From an uncultured delta proteobacterium (lineage in GTDB: Bacteria > Myxococcota_A > UBA9160 > UBA4427), in contig CAWGJT010000005.1 in the NCBI GenBank assembly GCA_963822965.1, positions 1,088,001-1,152,000 of the forward strand: 64,000 nt of DNA, in the 5' to 3' direction. Positions 30,764 to 42,107 of this stretch are shown one piece after another; the first letter of the stretch is position 1, and the number at the start of each line of letters is the position of its first letter. Below the pieces are notes generated by a model that was not told where the DNA came from, did no database searches, and was given only the letters and a program-made list of their open reading frames with translations. The translations under genes and the position numbers were made by a program.

Positions 30764-32825
30764 TCAGACGGCGCAGCCGGCTCGGGCGCCCTCCAACACG
30801 GCCTTCTGGACGAGGCCCAGGCCCGTGCAGTCGCCAACGGCGTGTAGCGCGGGAACGCGGCCGACGAGGGCGTCGTGGAAGCGGGTGTCGGGCTCGACGC
30901 CGCCCGCCAGGATCACACTGTCCGCGAGCACCGGGACCTCGCGGCCCGAAGGGCGGCGCAGCACCACGGCGTGGCTGCGGATGCAGGCGATCTCCACCTC
31001 GGTGTTGAGCGGCACGCCGAGCCGGTCGAGCCGGTCGAGGTGCTCGCTGCGCCGCTTGCCGCCGACCTCGGGCGCCACCTGGCCGCCGATCTCGAGCAGG
31101 CTCACGCGACGGCCGCGCTCGGCGAGGAACTCCGCCAGCTCGAGGGCCGCGAGGTCGGCGCCCACGATGACGACACGATGACCGAGGGGCATCCAGGCGC
31201 GGGTCGCGCTCCGCAGCAGCCCGGGCCCCAGCCAGCGTCCCGCCGGACCGTCCAGCAGCCGAGCCGCCCGCCGCTGCCAGCCGGGCAGCTTCGCGGCGGC
31301 CGACGCGGAGGGGCGGCCGGCCAGCAGCTCGCGCAGCAGCGCGCCCGTGAGAACGTGGGGCGCGTCGTCACCGGGGATGGAGGGCGCAACGACGCGGCCC
31401 CCGGTGGCGACGACGACCGCATCGGGCACCGCGCGCACCACGTCTTCGGGCGTGACCTCGCTGCCCGTGTGCACGTCGACACCGAGCCGGCGCACCTCGG
31501 CGGTCAGGTAGTCGAGGAAGGGCTCGTTCTCCGGGTGCACGGCGGCCGCGAAGAGCAGGGCTCCCCCGAGCCGCTGACCGCGCTCGTGCAGGGTCACCCG
31601 GTGACCGCGCAGCGCCGCCACCCGCGCGGCCTCGAGCCCGCCGGGACCCCCGCCCACCACGACCACGTGCTTGCGCAGGGACGACCACGCGGGGGTGAGC
31701 TCCTCCTCCCGGCCGGTGGCGGCGTTCACCGCGCAGTCCATCGCCATCCGCGTCTCCATGGCGTCGATGCAGTTCTGGCACGAGATGCAGGGGCGCAGCT
31801 CGGCGAGCCTGCCCGAGCGGACCTTCTCGGGAAGCTCCGGGTCGGCGAGCAGCGGCCGCCCCATGGCGACCAGATCCGCGCTGCCCTCCTGCAGGATCCT
31901 CTCGGCGAGCCGGGGATCGTGGATGCGGCCGACGGCGATCACCGGCACCTCGACGGCCCGCTTCACGGCGGCGGCCGCCGCCACGTTGAGACCGTCGGGA
32001 AAGCTCGCGCCGTTCACCATCTGGGTCACGAAGCGGTCGATCACCCCGCCGCTCACGTGGAAGGCGTCGACCCCTGCGGCGACCAGATCCGGGGCGATGC
32101 GCGCCGTGTCGAAGCTCTCGCGGCCGCCGGGGACCCGCTCGTAGCCCGAGATGCGCAGCGTGAGCGGGAACTCCGCGCCCACCTCGCTCTTGATGGCGCG
32201 CACCACCCGCACCACCGCCCGGATGCGCCCTTCGGCGCTGCGCGCTCCGTACTCGTCGCGCCGGGCGTTGCGCCACGGCGTCAGGAACGAGCCCAGCAGC
32301 ATGTATCCGTGGGCGGCGTGCAGCTCGATGCCGTCGTAGCCCGCGCGGCGCACGCGCACGGCGGCGGACCGGTACAGATCGATCACGCCGTCGAGCTCGG
32401 CGACGCTCATCTCCTTGGATGTGGTGCGGGTGAGATAGGACTGGATGGCCGAGGGACCCAGCGCCGTGACGCCATGCAGCTCGGGACCGAGCCCGTCGGG
32501 GCCCGGGTGCACGAGCTGGGGCTGCACCCGGGCGCCGTGCTCGTGGATCTCGTCGGTGAGCGCCCGGTGGGCGTCGAGGACCCGCGTCGTCCGAGAAGCG
32601 CAGGGAATTCAGCACCTCGGGATGGCGCGCGTCGATCGTCGAGGCACCCAGGGTGATCAGCCCGACCCCGCCCCGCGCGCGGGCGACGAAGTAGGCCCGG
32701 GTGCGCGCGGAGGGCAGACCCTCCCGCGTCGCGTAGAGGTTCTCCATGGGCGACATCACGAGCCGGTTGCGCAGCGCCATGCCGCCGATCCGGACGGGCG
32801 AGAAGAGCAGGGGCAGCTCACTCAA
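30764..32825 (-). CDS. NADH:flavin oxidoreductase (OYE/2,4-dienoyl-CoA reductase-like), +1 frameshift near 32582
   Basis: [26 protein letters not shown]...C FeS motif, VVVGGGPGG. Confidence 0.9.
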
Positions 32826-32844
32826 CGGCGGGTCGCTTCGGCGC

Positions 32845-33616
32845 TCAGCGGGGAACCAGCCCGCCGTCGATGTTGATGGTGGCGCCCGTCACGAAGCTCG
32901 AGGCGTCGCTCGCCAGGTAGAGGGCGAGGCCCACCAGCTCGTCGGGGTGCGCGGCGCGCCCCAAGAGCGAGGCCTGGGCCATCATCTTCTGCATCTCGGG
33001 CGGGTTGTTGCGGACCATGTCCGTATCGATGGTTCCCGGCGCGATGGCGTTCACCCGGATCTTGCGGGGCGCGAGCTCGGCGGCCAGGGCGCGAGTGTAT
33101 GCGAGCAGGCCCGCCTTGGCGGCGGCGTACATGTGGGTGAAGGACGAGAACAGATACGCGCCGGCGCTCGAGACGTTGACGATGGCCGCGTGCCCGCTCT
33201 CGGTGAGATGCGGCAACGCGTACTGCATCAGGAAGACGGGGCCGCGCAGGTTCACGCTCATCGACTTCTCCCAGGCCTCGGGAGTCACCTGCCCGAAGGG
33301 GAGCGCCAGGGCATTGGCGGCGTTGTTGACCAGGATGTCGATGCCGCCGAAGCGCCCGACGGTCTCGGAGACGAGCCGTTCGAGCTGCGCGAGGTCGCCC
33401 ATCTGCGTCGGGGACGGCCAGCGCTTCTCCGCCGCGGGCCTCGATGGCGGCGACCGTCTCCTCGCAGGCCTCCTTCTTCCGGCTCGCCACGACGACCCGG
33501 GCGCCCGCCAGCGCGTAGCCCTCGGCGATGGAACGGCCGATGCCGCGACTGCCGCCGGTGACGATTGCGACGCGCCCGTCCAGGCGGAACAGGGCGTCCA
33601 GGGCCTTCTTCTCCAC
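32845..33616 (-). CDS. SDR family oxidoreductase, +1 frameshift near 33411
   Basis: VTGGSRGIG in one frame; NNAA, YAAAK, NAIAPG in the next. Confidence 0.9.
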
Positions 33617-33709
33617 GAACGACTCTCCTCTCTACTTTTCGGCTTCCGCCTCGTTTCGGCTCTTCGCGCGCTTCCGGCGCTTCCCCCGGGCCGTCTGGGG
33701 ACGGGACGA

Positions 33710-35952
33710 TCAGGCGCCGGGGTCGAAATCCAGGTAGATCGGCGAGCTCCAGGCGCGGGGCTCGTGCTCGGCGAGACAGTCGTCTTTCCCCGTGCACAGG
33801 TGGGCCTTCACGCAGCGCCCCTCGGCGTCGTACTCGCAGTTGGCCCCGTCCGGCGTTGATGGCGGGCGCCGGCTCCTCGAAGACACGGGCGTAGTAGACG
33901 GCGTCGCGCGCGTCCGTCTCGAAGTCCGGGTCGACGAAGGTGGCCGCGCAGCCCTCGCGGCTGGGCTCGCAGACCACCGTCTTCCAGGGATCGTCGATGC
34001 GGCCGGCGAGGGCCTCGCCCGGCTCGGCCTGGGGCCGGATGCGGACCAGCTCGATGCGCGAGATGCGGCGCCGCTCGTCGGACGGGTTGTAGCACTCGCC
34101 CCTGCACAGGCGCTGGATGGCCTCGGGCGACAGCGCCTCGACCGCGTACTCGGGACAGCCGGGCTTCTGCTCGAACGATCCCACCGCGCGCACCTGGAAG
34201 ATCGGCGCGTCCTGCATCTTCACCTCGCTCCCCATGGCGACGGTGCGCCCGCTGGAGCCCGGCGGGTTCAGCAGGTCGAACCAGAGCAGGATGCGCGGCC
34301 CCGTGGTGGCGTACACCTCGCGTCGCTTGACGGCCCGCCAGATGGAATCGCGATCGCGGCCTTCGGCGTGAACGGCCACGAGCCCGCCCGTCAGGAAGAA
34401 GGAGGTCTGTCGCTCCACCTCCATGAGCTGGAAGCCCTGGAGGGGGGTGTCGTTCGGATCGAAGGGGCGCGGCCGGGACTCCGGCTCCTCGTGCGGCGCG
34501 CGGAAGAAGGAGGCGATGCGCGACGGCGAATTCAGGCCGCGGATCCTCGATTCGGTGAATGCCATCCCGGTTGTTCTCCTTGTAGCCCGTGCCCGGTCGC
34601 GCCGAGTGGTTGTCGCTCGACGAGATGAAGCCGAAGTGGAAGCGACGCGGCTTTGCGGGGTCGTCGTCGAAGTTCGAGAGCGAGAGGATGTACTGGACCG
34701 AGCCGCCCGGCCGGTAGTTGAAGGCCGGCTCGCTGCAGTCGCGACACTGTCCCGCGTCGAGCCATTCGGCCGCTCGGGCGCCGGGCACCACGAGGTGGGC
34801 CTGGCCGCCGGCGTCCGCGGCCAGCTCCCGGGTCTCCGCGGCCCGCTCGTCGCACTCCTCGGCGCTCGTGCCCTCGGCGAGGCAGCGCTTGCGGATGATC
34901 TCTCCGGCCTGCCAGCAGGTGGGGAGATAGTCCGGACGGGGCTCGGGGCAGATGGCCTCGCCGTCCGGGCCCCGTTCCACGGCACGCCAGGGGCGATAGA
35001 CCTCGGAGTCGCCGTGGCCCGAGTACACCTCGATGAGGGTCTGGCGTTTCGGGTCGTGGAGGTTCCCGCGCAGCTGCTTGTCCCAGCTGGAGCCCGGCGG
35101 CGTGTAGAAGCCCCACGTGGTGCCGTGCGGGATCACGATCGAATCGAATCCCCACTCGTCGAGCTTGCGGAACAGCACGTCCGGCGTGGCGGCCACCTCG
35201 AGGCAGTCGGCCGGCAGATCGCGCGTGTTCACGCCGTCCTCGCACAGATCCTGTCGCGCGTTGCGCGTGAGATATGCCGCGAGGTCGTGCATGCGCCCGC
35301 CCCCGAAGAGCGCGAGCAGGCCGCGACCGAAGGGACGCGGGGGGCGCGTGCGAATGTCGAGCGCCTGGCCCGCCGCCGCGATCGGCCGCGCGGGGATCTC
35401 GTCGTCCGCGAGCCCCGGCAGCACGACGTTCTTGTGGCCGAAGTGCTCCTCGGGCGTGGTTCCCACCTGCGTCCACTCCCAGCCCAGGTAGGCCACGGTG
35501 TCGGGATTGGCCGCGTCGCCGGCGCGCTCGTTGCAGGCGCGGATCGACTGGACGGTGTCCGTCCAGGCCTGGCTCGAGAGGCCCTCGGCGTGGTCGTTGA
35601 TCGACCAGAAGTCGAGCGCCGAGCAGTAGCGCGCGAAGTCGCAGGCGTCCGCGGGCGGATGCGCGCCCTCGCCCCCCAGCATGGGCAGGCTCGTGATGAA
35701 GGCGTCGAAGGAGAAGGTCGTGTGGACGTGGAAATCGCCGAAGAGGATCTGCTTCGGCGCGGTGACCCCGATGTCCGAGGCAGCCTCCCGCACGGCGCCC
35801 TGGGTGCTGCGCTGCACGGCGTCGGGCCGGGCGGCACCGCGGATCTCTCCCGCCCCGTCGGGGCGGCCGAAGACGCCGAAGCCGGCGGCGAGGACCAGCC
35901 CCACGAAGGCTGCCAGGAGCAAGCCCACAACGATCACGATGCGACGGATCAC
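33710..35952 (-). CDS. DUF3604 domain protein (PHP-like metallohydrolase), +1 frameshifts near 34567 and 33852
   Basis: FGDFHVHTTFSFDA, INDHAE, IPHG, SSDNH, EVYATTGPRI, C-terminal RAWSSPIY. Confidence 0.85.
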
Positions 35953-36022
35953 GGCGTCCCTCCCCCGCCCACGGTATCAGAGCGGGCCGGGAGTCGCGCA
36001 GGGCGCGCGCCGTGAAGCGGCT

Positions 36023-36856
36023 TCAGCGCGCCGCGGGGGGCTTGCAGTCGGGTCTTCGCCCCGCCGCCAGGGCCTGGGCGGCGAGCTGCTCCGCTTCGGC
36101 CATGTGCGCCTGCAGGTCGTCGATCCGGCTCTCGTTGGAGGGATGGGTCGAGGTCCACTCCGGGGGCGCCTGCCCGGACGCCGCCGACATGTTCTGCCAG
36201 AGCACGACGCTTGCCCGGGGGTCGAAGCCCGCCTTCGCCATCAGGTCGAGGCCGATACTGTCCGCTTCGCTCTCGTGGGCACGGCTGTAGGGCAGCAGGA
36301 CGCCGTACTGGGTCCCGAGGCCGAAGCCCGCCATCACCATCTGCCCGGCCTGGGTCGACATGTTCGCAGACTGCACGGCGGCAGCGACCGCCGCCTGGGA
36401 GACCTGGGCCAGGGCTGCCTGGGAGATGCGTTCGTTGCCGTGATGCGCCAGCACGTGTCCCACCTCGTGGCCGATCACGGCGGCGAGCTGGTCAGGCGTG
36501 CGCGCCACTCCCAGCAGCCCCTGATAGACACCGATCTTGCGCCCCGGCAGCGCGAAAGCGTTCACCTCCGAGCTCGCGAAGACGCGCACCTCCCAGCCGC
36601 TCCGCATGGAGGGCTCGAGCTGCGAGACGATCGCCTGGGCGACGCAATCCACGTAGGCATTCGTGGTGGCGTCCTGACTGATGGGCACCTCCTGCTTCTG
36701 CTGCTCGAAGCTGGTGGCTCCCATCTGGTCCAGCTCCGCGTCGGAATAGAGCAGGAGCTGGGAGCGGCCCGTGGGCGAGGTCACGCAACCCATCGAGACC
36801 GCGATGGCGAGGAGCAGGAGGCTTGCCGGGAGACGGAAGGAAGTCGACGGACGCAC
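36023..36856 (-). CDS. M48 family metallopeptidase lipoprotein
   Basis: GCVTSPTGRSQL lipoprotein start, NAFALPG, GHEVGH, ESEAD, STHP. Confidence 0.93.
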   Translation of the reverse strand: MRPSTSFRLPASLLLLAIAVSMGCVTSPTGRSQLLLYSDAELDQMGATSFEQQKQEVPISQDATTNAYVDCVAQAIVSQLEPSMRSGWEVRVFASSEVNAFALPGRKIGVYQGLLGVARTPDQLAAVIGHEVGHVLAHHGNERISQAALAQVSQAAVAAAVQSANMSTQAGQMVMAGFGLGTQYGVLLPYSRAHESEADSIGLDLMAKAGFDPRASVVLWQNMSAASGQAPPEWTSTHPSNESRIDDLQAHMAEAEQLAAQALAAGRRPDCKPPAAR

Positions 36857-37017
36857 GTGCTTCTCCAGGACGGCTTTCGGATCGGGAGCAGACCCGACCG
36901 CGGGATCGTATGTACTCCGCCCGACGGACGCGAGACGCCCGTCCCCCGAAGCGGGCCTTGCGCCCCGCGGGCCCCTGAGCCGCTCCCAGGCCCGCTCGCG
37001 CCGGGCCGACAGCCGAT

Positions 37018-38475
37018 TCACGGCGCCAGGGCCGGTCCCGCCAGGATCCACGAAATCGCCGAGATCAGGACGACCCCGATGAGGTTCAGCAGCAGACCCG
37101 TCCGCGCCATCGCCAGCACCGGGATCCGCTGGGACGCGAACACGACGGCGTTGGGCGGGGTGGCCACGGGCAGCATGAAGGCGCAGCTCGCGGCCATGGC
37201 TGCGGGGACCGCGAGCAACATGGGAGCCACCCCGAGACCGGGAGCCAGCCCGGCGAAGATCGGGATCAGGGTCGCGGCGGTCGCCGTGTTGCTGGTCATC
37301 TCGGTCAGGAAGATCATCAGCGTCGTGACTGCGACCACCACCACGAGGGGCGGCAGCCCCGCGAATCCCGACACCGAGGCGCCGAGCAGCTCGCCGACCC
37401 CGTTCGCCTGGATGGCGGCGGCAAGGCTGAGGCCGCCGCCGAAGAGCAAGAGGATGCCCCAGGGCAGGGTCACGGCCGTGTCCCAGCTCATCACGAAGAC
37501 GGACTCGCGGGGCTCGACGGGGATCACGAAGAGCACCAGCGCGGCCAGGACCGCGATGCCCGGGTCCGTGAGCCCGGCCAGGGGTTGCACCCCGCCCACG
37601 GAGATCTGCCGCAGCAGCGGCAACGTCATCCACAGGGCCACCGTCACGGCGAAGACCGCCAGCACCGCCCACTCGCCCCGTTTCATCGGCCCGAGCGCCC
37701 GCAGGGCGTCCTGTGCATAGCGTTGGCCCGCGGCGACGCTGCGGACGCGGATCGGGTGCAGCACACGCGTCAGCAGCAGCCAGGTGATCGGCAGGAAGAG
37801 AGCCACGAGCGGCACGCCGATCTTCATCCAGCCCACGAAGCCGATCTCGATGCCGAGGTTCGCCGAGGCGTACGAGGCCAGGAAGAGGTTCGGCGGCGTC
37901 CCGACCAGGGTGCCGATGCCGCCGATCGAGGCCGCATAGGCGATCCCCAGGAGCAGACTGCGCTCGAAGCCGCCGTCCGCTTCGCTCACCTCGATCACGC
38001 CGAGTGCGATGGGCAGCATCATCACGCTCGTGGCCGTGTTCGAGACCCACATGCTGAGACAGGCGGTCACCCCCATGAACGCGCCCACGACCGCGTGGGG
38101 ACTGCGCCCGACGAAGCGCAGGACCCCCAACGAGATGCGCCGGTCCAGCCCCCAGCGCTGCATGGCCAGCGCGAGGATGAAGCCGCCCAGGAAGAGGAAG
38201 ATGAGATCGTGCCCGTAGGGGGCCGCCGCTTGCTTCATGCTGGCGGCGCCCAGCACGGGCAGCAGGACGAGGGGCAGCAGGGCGGTGGCGTAGAGGGGGA
38301 TCACCTCGGTCATCCACCAGAGCCCCATCCACAGCGCGACACCCGCCGTGGCCCGGCCCGCCGGCGTGAACGGCACCAGCTGCCCGCTCGGGTCCACGTA
38401 GGCGTCGGGGAGCCCGAGCCAGGCGGCCACCACCAGCGCGGGCCCAGCGGCGAGGACCAGCCACCTCACGATCAC
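37018..38475 (-). CDS. DASS/SLC13 sodium-coupled anion symporter
   Basis: SMWVSNTAT, GTLVGTPPN, TEMTSNTAT, FMLPVATPPNA. Confidence 0.93.
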   Translation of the reverse strand: MIVRWLVLAAGPALVVAAWLGLPDAYVDPSGQLVPFTPAGRATAGVALWMGLWWMTEVIPLYATALLPLVLLPVLGAASMKQAAAPYGHDLIFLFLGGFILALAMQRWGLDRRISLGVLRFVGRSPHAVVGAFMGVTACLSMWVSNTATSVMMLPIALGVIEVSEADGGFERSLLLGIAYAASIGGIGTLVGTPPNLFLASYASANLGIEIGFVGWMKIGVPLVALFLPITWLLLTRVLHPIRVRSVAAGQRYAQDALRALGPMKRGEWAVLAVFAVTVALWMTLPLLRQISVGGVQPLAGLTDPGIAVLAALVLFVIPVEPRESVFVMSWDTAVTLPWGILLLFGGGLSLAAAIQANGVGELLGASVSGFAGLPPLVVVVAVTTLMIFLTEMTSNTATAATLIPIFAGLAPGLGVAPMLLAVPAAMAASCAFMLPVATPPNAVVFASQRIPVLAMARTGLLLNLIGVVLISAISWILAGPALAP

Positions 38476-38704
38476 CGGATCACCTCGAAGAGCAGCGGGG
38501 GCCGTTCGGACATGGGGCTCCGGCAGGGTCCACGGTGGGCAGCGGACGGGACGGGGACGGCCGCGACCATCGGACCACGCGGCGCACTTGTCAATCCACC
38601 TCCGTGCGGTGAGGGGGTGGTGTGCCCCATACTCGCGGCGCGGCACGACGCATCCGCGCTCGTCCGCCGGCATCGATTCATCGGGGACAGGGAGGTCTGG
38701 GGGT

Positions 38705-39268
38705 TTGTCGAAATCGATCTTCGAGAAGCGGGAGCAGGCGTTCGAAGCCGTCTTCTACGCGCGGCTTGACGAGCAGCGTATCCGCAAGCTGCGGCAGAAG
38801 CGCGAAGAGGCTCGCGAAATGGAGCTGCTGACCGCGTCCACCGGCATCTCCGATCCCGCGGTGCTCAAGCACATCCTCGACCTCGGCGTCCAGGCCCAGA
38901 ACCTCCAGGCCCTCACCCTCGTTCCCCTGGTGCTGACCGCCTGGGCGAGCGGCGGCGTCACGCCCGCCGAGCGCGACGCGGCGCTGCTGGCCGCGGAGCG
39001 AGAGGGCGTGAGCCCGGAATCGGGCGCCCACCAGCTGCTCGAGTCCTGGCTCGACGAGCTTCCTCCCCCCGAGCTCGAGCAGACGTGGGGCGAGTACGTT
39101 CGTGCGCTGCTCGAGCAGCTCGGCGACGAGCAGGCGAGCGCCCTCAAGCAGGACCTGCTGAGCCGGTGCCGCCAGGTGGCGCGTGCGTCCGGCGGCGTCC
39201 TCGGAGCTGCGAAGATCTCGAGCGAGGAGGCGGAGACCATGCGCCGGCTCGAGGAGGCCATGGACTGA
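38705..39268 (+). CDS. TerB-like fold hypothetical protein
   Basis: TTG after GGGAGG; AWASGGVTPAE and VARASGGVLG..ISSEE TerB-like segments. Confidence 0.7.
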   Translation: MSKSIFEKREQAFEAVFYARLDEQRIRKLRQKREEAREMELLTASTGISDPAVLKHILDLGVQAQNLQALTLVPLVLTAWASGGVTPAERDAALLAAEREGVSPESGAHQLLESWLDELPPPELEQTWGEYVRALLEQLGDEQASALKQDLLSRCRQVARASGGVLGAAKISSEEAETMRRLEEAMD

Positions 39269-39972
39269 GGGCGCTCGACACAGCCCGTGCGGCCGCGGAC
39301 CGCGCTCGAGCGGAGTCGCGCGTCCGCGTCGGCATCCCCTGGGCGCAGAACCGATTCCTGCGGCGCATCACCTGGATCTATGCGGGCGTGTGGGTGGTGG
39401 CCGCCGTCGCGCCCGTGGACCGCGAGACCTGGCTGCTGGAGAACGGGCTCGTGCTCGTGATGGTGGGGGTGCTGGCGATCACCCACCGGCGCTTCGCGTT
39501 CTCGAACCTCTCCTACGGGCTGATGTTCGTGTTCCTGCTGCTGCACGCCATGGGCGCCCACTACACCTACTCGGCGGTTCCCGTCGGCAACTGGGTGCGG
39601 GACCTGCTGGGGCTCGAGCGCAACCCCTACGATCGCCTGGTGCACTTCTCGTTCGGGCTGCTCATGGGCTACCCGCTGCGCGAGATGACGTTGCGCGTCG
39701 TGCACGTCCACCGAATCTGGGGCTACCTGGCTCCGCCGATCGTGGTGCTCGCCATGGGGGCGATGTACGAGATCATCGAGTCCTGGGCCGCGCGGGCGGT
39801 GAACCCCGCCGTCGGGCTCGCCTACGTGGGCGCCCAGGGTGACGTCTGGGACGGCCAGAAGGACATGACAATGGCGTTCACGGGCTCGCTGCTCGCCATG
39901 GGGGTCGTGGCCCTCTATCGCCGGGCGACCGACCACGAGCCCTACCTGCATCGAGACGGCGGGACGAGATGA
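39265..39972 (+). CDS. DUF2238 (YjdF-like) membrane protein; start uncertain
   Basis: WLLEN, GAHYTYSAVP, RNPYDRLVHF, YEIIE, QGDVWDGQKDM. Confidence 0.88.
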   Translation: MRALDTARAAADRARAESRVRVGIPWAQNRFLRRITWIYAGVWVVAAVAPVDRETWLLENGLVLVMVGVLAITHRRFAFSNLSYGLMFVFLLLHAMGAHYTYSAVPVGNWVRDLLGLERNPYDRLVHFSFGLLMGYPLREMTLRVVHVHRIWGYLAPPIVVLAMGAMYEIIESWAARAVNPAVGLAYVGAQGDVWDGQKDMTMAFTGSLLAMGVVALYRRATDHEPYLHRDGGTR

Positions 39973-40412
39973 AGCGGACGGGACCGTGGTCGGAGAGCCG
40001 CATCCGGGAGTTCCTGGAGACCACGCGCGTCCCCGTCCGCCTGGCCTGCAACGGTGCCCGGGGACACCCCGTTCTCGCATCCCTCTGGTTCCTGCCCGTC
40101 GGCCAGGAGCTGTGGTGCGCGACCCAGCGGCCGGCCTCGATCGCGCGCCACCTCCGCCGGGATCCGCGCTGCGCATTCGAGGTGGCGGGGGACGCGGCGC
40201 CGTATCGGGGGGTACGGGGCCAGGCGCTGGCTCGCCTGGACGAAGCCCGCGGAGAGGCCGTGCTGCGCGACCTGATTGCCCGCTACCTGCCGCCCGATTC
40301 GCCGCTGGCTCCAAAGCTGCTGTCCCGCGCGGCAACCGAGACGGCCATCGCGCTCTCGCCGAAGCGCATCGTGAGCTGGGACTACAGCGAGCGGATGGGC
40401 TACCGGAGCTAG
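39969..40412 (+). CDS. Pyridoxamine 5'-phosphate oxidase-like protein
   Basis: ATGA coupling; SLWF, LRRDPRCAF, PYRGVRGQ, VSWDY. Confidence 0.82.
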   Translation: MKRTGPWSESRIREFLETTRVPVRLACNGARGHPVLASLWFLPVGQELWCATQRPASIARHLRRDPRCAFEVAGDAAPYRGVRGQALARLDEARGEAVLRDLIARYLPPDSPLAPKLLSRAATETAIALSPKRIVSWDYSERMGYRS

Positions 40413-40457
40413 CCCTCCGCCTCAGGAGCTCCGGTCACTCGCTCGACGCCGGGTCCC

Positions 40458-41723
40458 TCAGGCGTCGACCTCCGCCAGGCCGGCGATGTCTTCGCGATCG
40501 CGCAGGGACGACAGCACGCCCGCCTCGATCTGCCGCACCCGCTCCCCCGAGAGGCCGAGCTGCTGCCCGATCTCCCGCAGGCTCTTCGGGGCGTCGCCGT
40601 CGAGGCCGAAGCGAAGCTCCAGGATCCGGCGGTCCCGGGGCGAGAGCGAGCACAGGCTGTTGGACACGACCTGGTAGATGCGCTCCCGATCCAGGTCCAG
40701 CTCCGGCTCGATGGGCGAGTCGTCCTGCAACAGGTCGAGCAGGCTCGTGTCGCCTTCACCGTCGTAGGAGACGGGCTCGTCGATGGAGGCGATCTGACGC
40801 CCGGTGGCGATCAGCTCGTCCAGCTCGGCGACGCCGACGCCCAGCGCCTCGGCCAGCTCGTCCCGACGCGGCTCGCGACCCGTCCGGTGGCGCAGCCGCT
40901 CCTCCACCCGCCGCAGCTCGCGCAGGCGATCGTAGAGATGGGAGGGCACCCGCACCGTCCGCGAGTGGTTCTGGATGGCCCGGATGAGCGCCTGATCGAT
41001 CCACCACACGGCGTACGTCGAGAAGCGGAAGCCCCGCTCGGGCTCGAACTTGTCGATGGCCCGCAGCAGGCCCAGGTTGCCCTCCTGGATCAGGTCCTCG
41101 AAGCGAACGCCCATGCTGCGGAAGCGCTTGGCTCGCGACACCACCAGCCGCAGGTTTCGGCGCGCGAAGATCTGACGCGCCTCGTTGCGCCGGTCGAGCG
41201 CGCGGCCCGCCCGGCGGACGGCCGCTCGGCTGCCGCGATCGGTGAGACCGAGCTGCCGCAGGCGATCCCGGTTGCGCAGGCTGCGACCGCCCCCCTGAAG
41301 CTTCGTGAACTCCCGGTGGATCTTCTCGAGCACCTCGAAGAGGATGTCGGCCTCGCGCACGCGGGCCGCGAGGTCGGCGTCGATCGTCTTGCGGGAGCCC
41401 GCGTCCGCCTCTTCCCGTCGCTCGAGCAGGCCTCGCATCCGCCCGACCTGGTCGTCGATGTGCGCGCTCCAGTCGGTCTTGCGGTCGTCCCGGGCGCGGT
41501 GGCACAGCATGCCGGTCACCAGGCGGCGGTCGACGCGCTCCTGCCAGAGCTCGGCGATGCGAATGGCGGTGCCCCGCACGGCTTCCAGAGCACGCCGGAA
41601 ATCCCGCTCGCCTCCGGAGATCTCGCGCGCCAGCTCGGCGGTCTGCTCCGGGGTGAGCAACGAGGTCTCTCGAATGGATCGAAAGTACTCCTGAAGATCC
41701 GATTCCCAGCTCAACACGTTCAT
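40458..41723 (-). CDS. Sigma70-family RNA polymerase sigma factor (RpoD/RpoS-like, no region 1.1)
   Basis: DLQEYF (1.2), [26 protein letters not shown], region 4 [18 protein letters not shown]. Confidence 0.93.
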   Translation of the reverse strand: MNVLSWESDLQEYFRSIRETSLLTPEQTAELAREISGGERDFRRALEAVRGTAIRIAELWQERVDRRLVTGMLCHRARDDRKTDWSAHIDDQVGRMRGLLERREEADAGSRKTIDADLAARVREADILFEVLEKIHREFTKLQGGGRSLRNRDRLRQLGLTDRGSRAAVRRAGRALDRRNEARQIFARRNLRLVVSRAKRFRSMGVRFEDLIQEGNLGLLRAIDKFEPERGFRFSTYAVWWIDQALIRAIQNHSRTVRVPSHLYDRLRELRRVEERLRHRTGREPRRDELAEALGVGVAELDELIATGRQIASIDEPVSYDGEGDTSLLDLLQDDSPIEPELDLDRERIYQVVSNSLCSLSPRDRRILELRFGLDGDAPKSLREIGQQLGLSGERVRQIEAGVLSSLRDREDIAGLAEVDA

Positions 41724-41829
41724 GGTCTCCGTCGTAAGTGGCGCGTTCCGGGGTGGACTTCGCATCGGATGGCCTGGCGATCGGCCACGGCGAGGAGTGA
41801 TGTTACATAAAAGCTGGACACATTCCCCA

Positions 41830-41859
41830 AAACTACCGCTATTTTTCCTCTATTGTCTA
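41830..41859 (-). promoter_or_regulatory. Candidate sigma70 promoter with A-rich UP tract for the sigma factor gene
   Basis: Minus strand CATAAAAAATA-TAGACA-N18-TAGTTT in an AT-rich island. Confidence 0.5.
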
Positions 41860-42051
41860 TATTTTTTATGAACATCTTTTGGCGATGGCATTCTCGTCCG
41901 CCCCGGGCCCCTCCCGTCTGTGATGGCGGGCGGCGGAGCGGGGTTCAGGACCATCCCTCCGGCGTGGAAAGCGGAGGCAGGCCTGCCCAGCCCCCGGGAG
42001 AAGCCGGGCCGCGGAGAGCCTCTCTGGGCCACCCGCCGCCGGCGCCACGGC

Positions 42052-42067
42052 TGGCACGGGGGCTGCA
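42052..42067 (+). promoter_or_regulatory. Sigma54 promoter of ACT-domain gene
   Basis: TGGCACG-GGGG-CTGCA, exact -24/-12 spacing, 40 bp before ATG 42108. Confidence 0.7.
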
Positions 42068-42107
42068 TCGCCTGGGGCCACCCTCCCCAACAGCCAGAAT
42101 CCGACCC

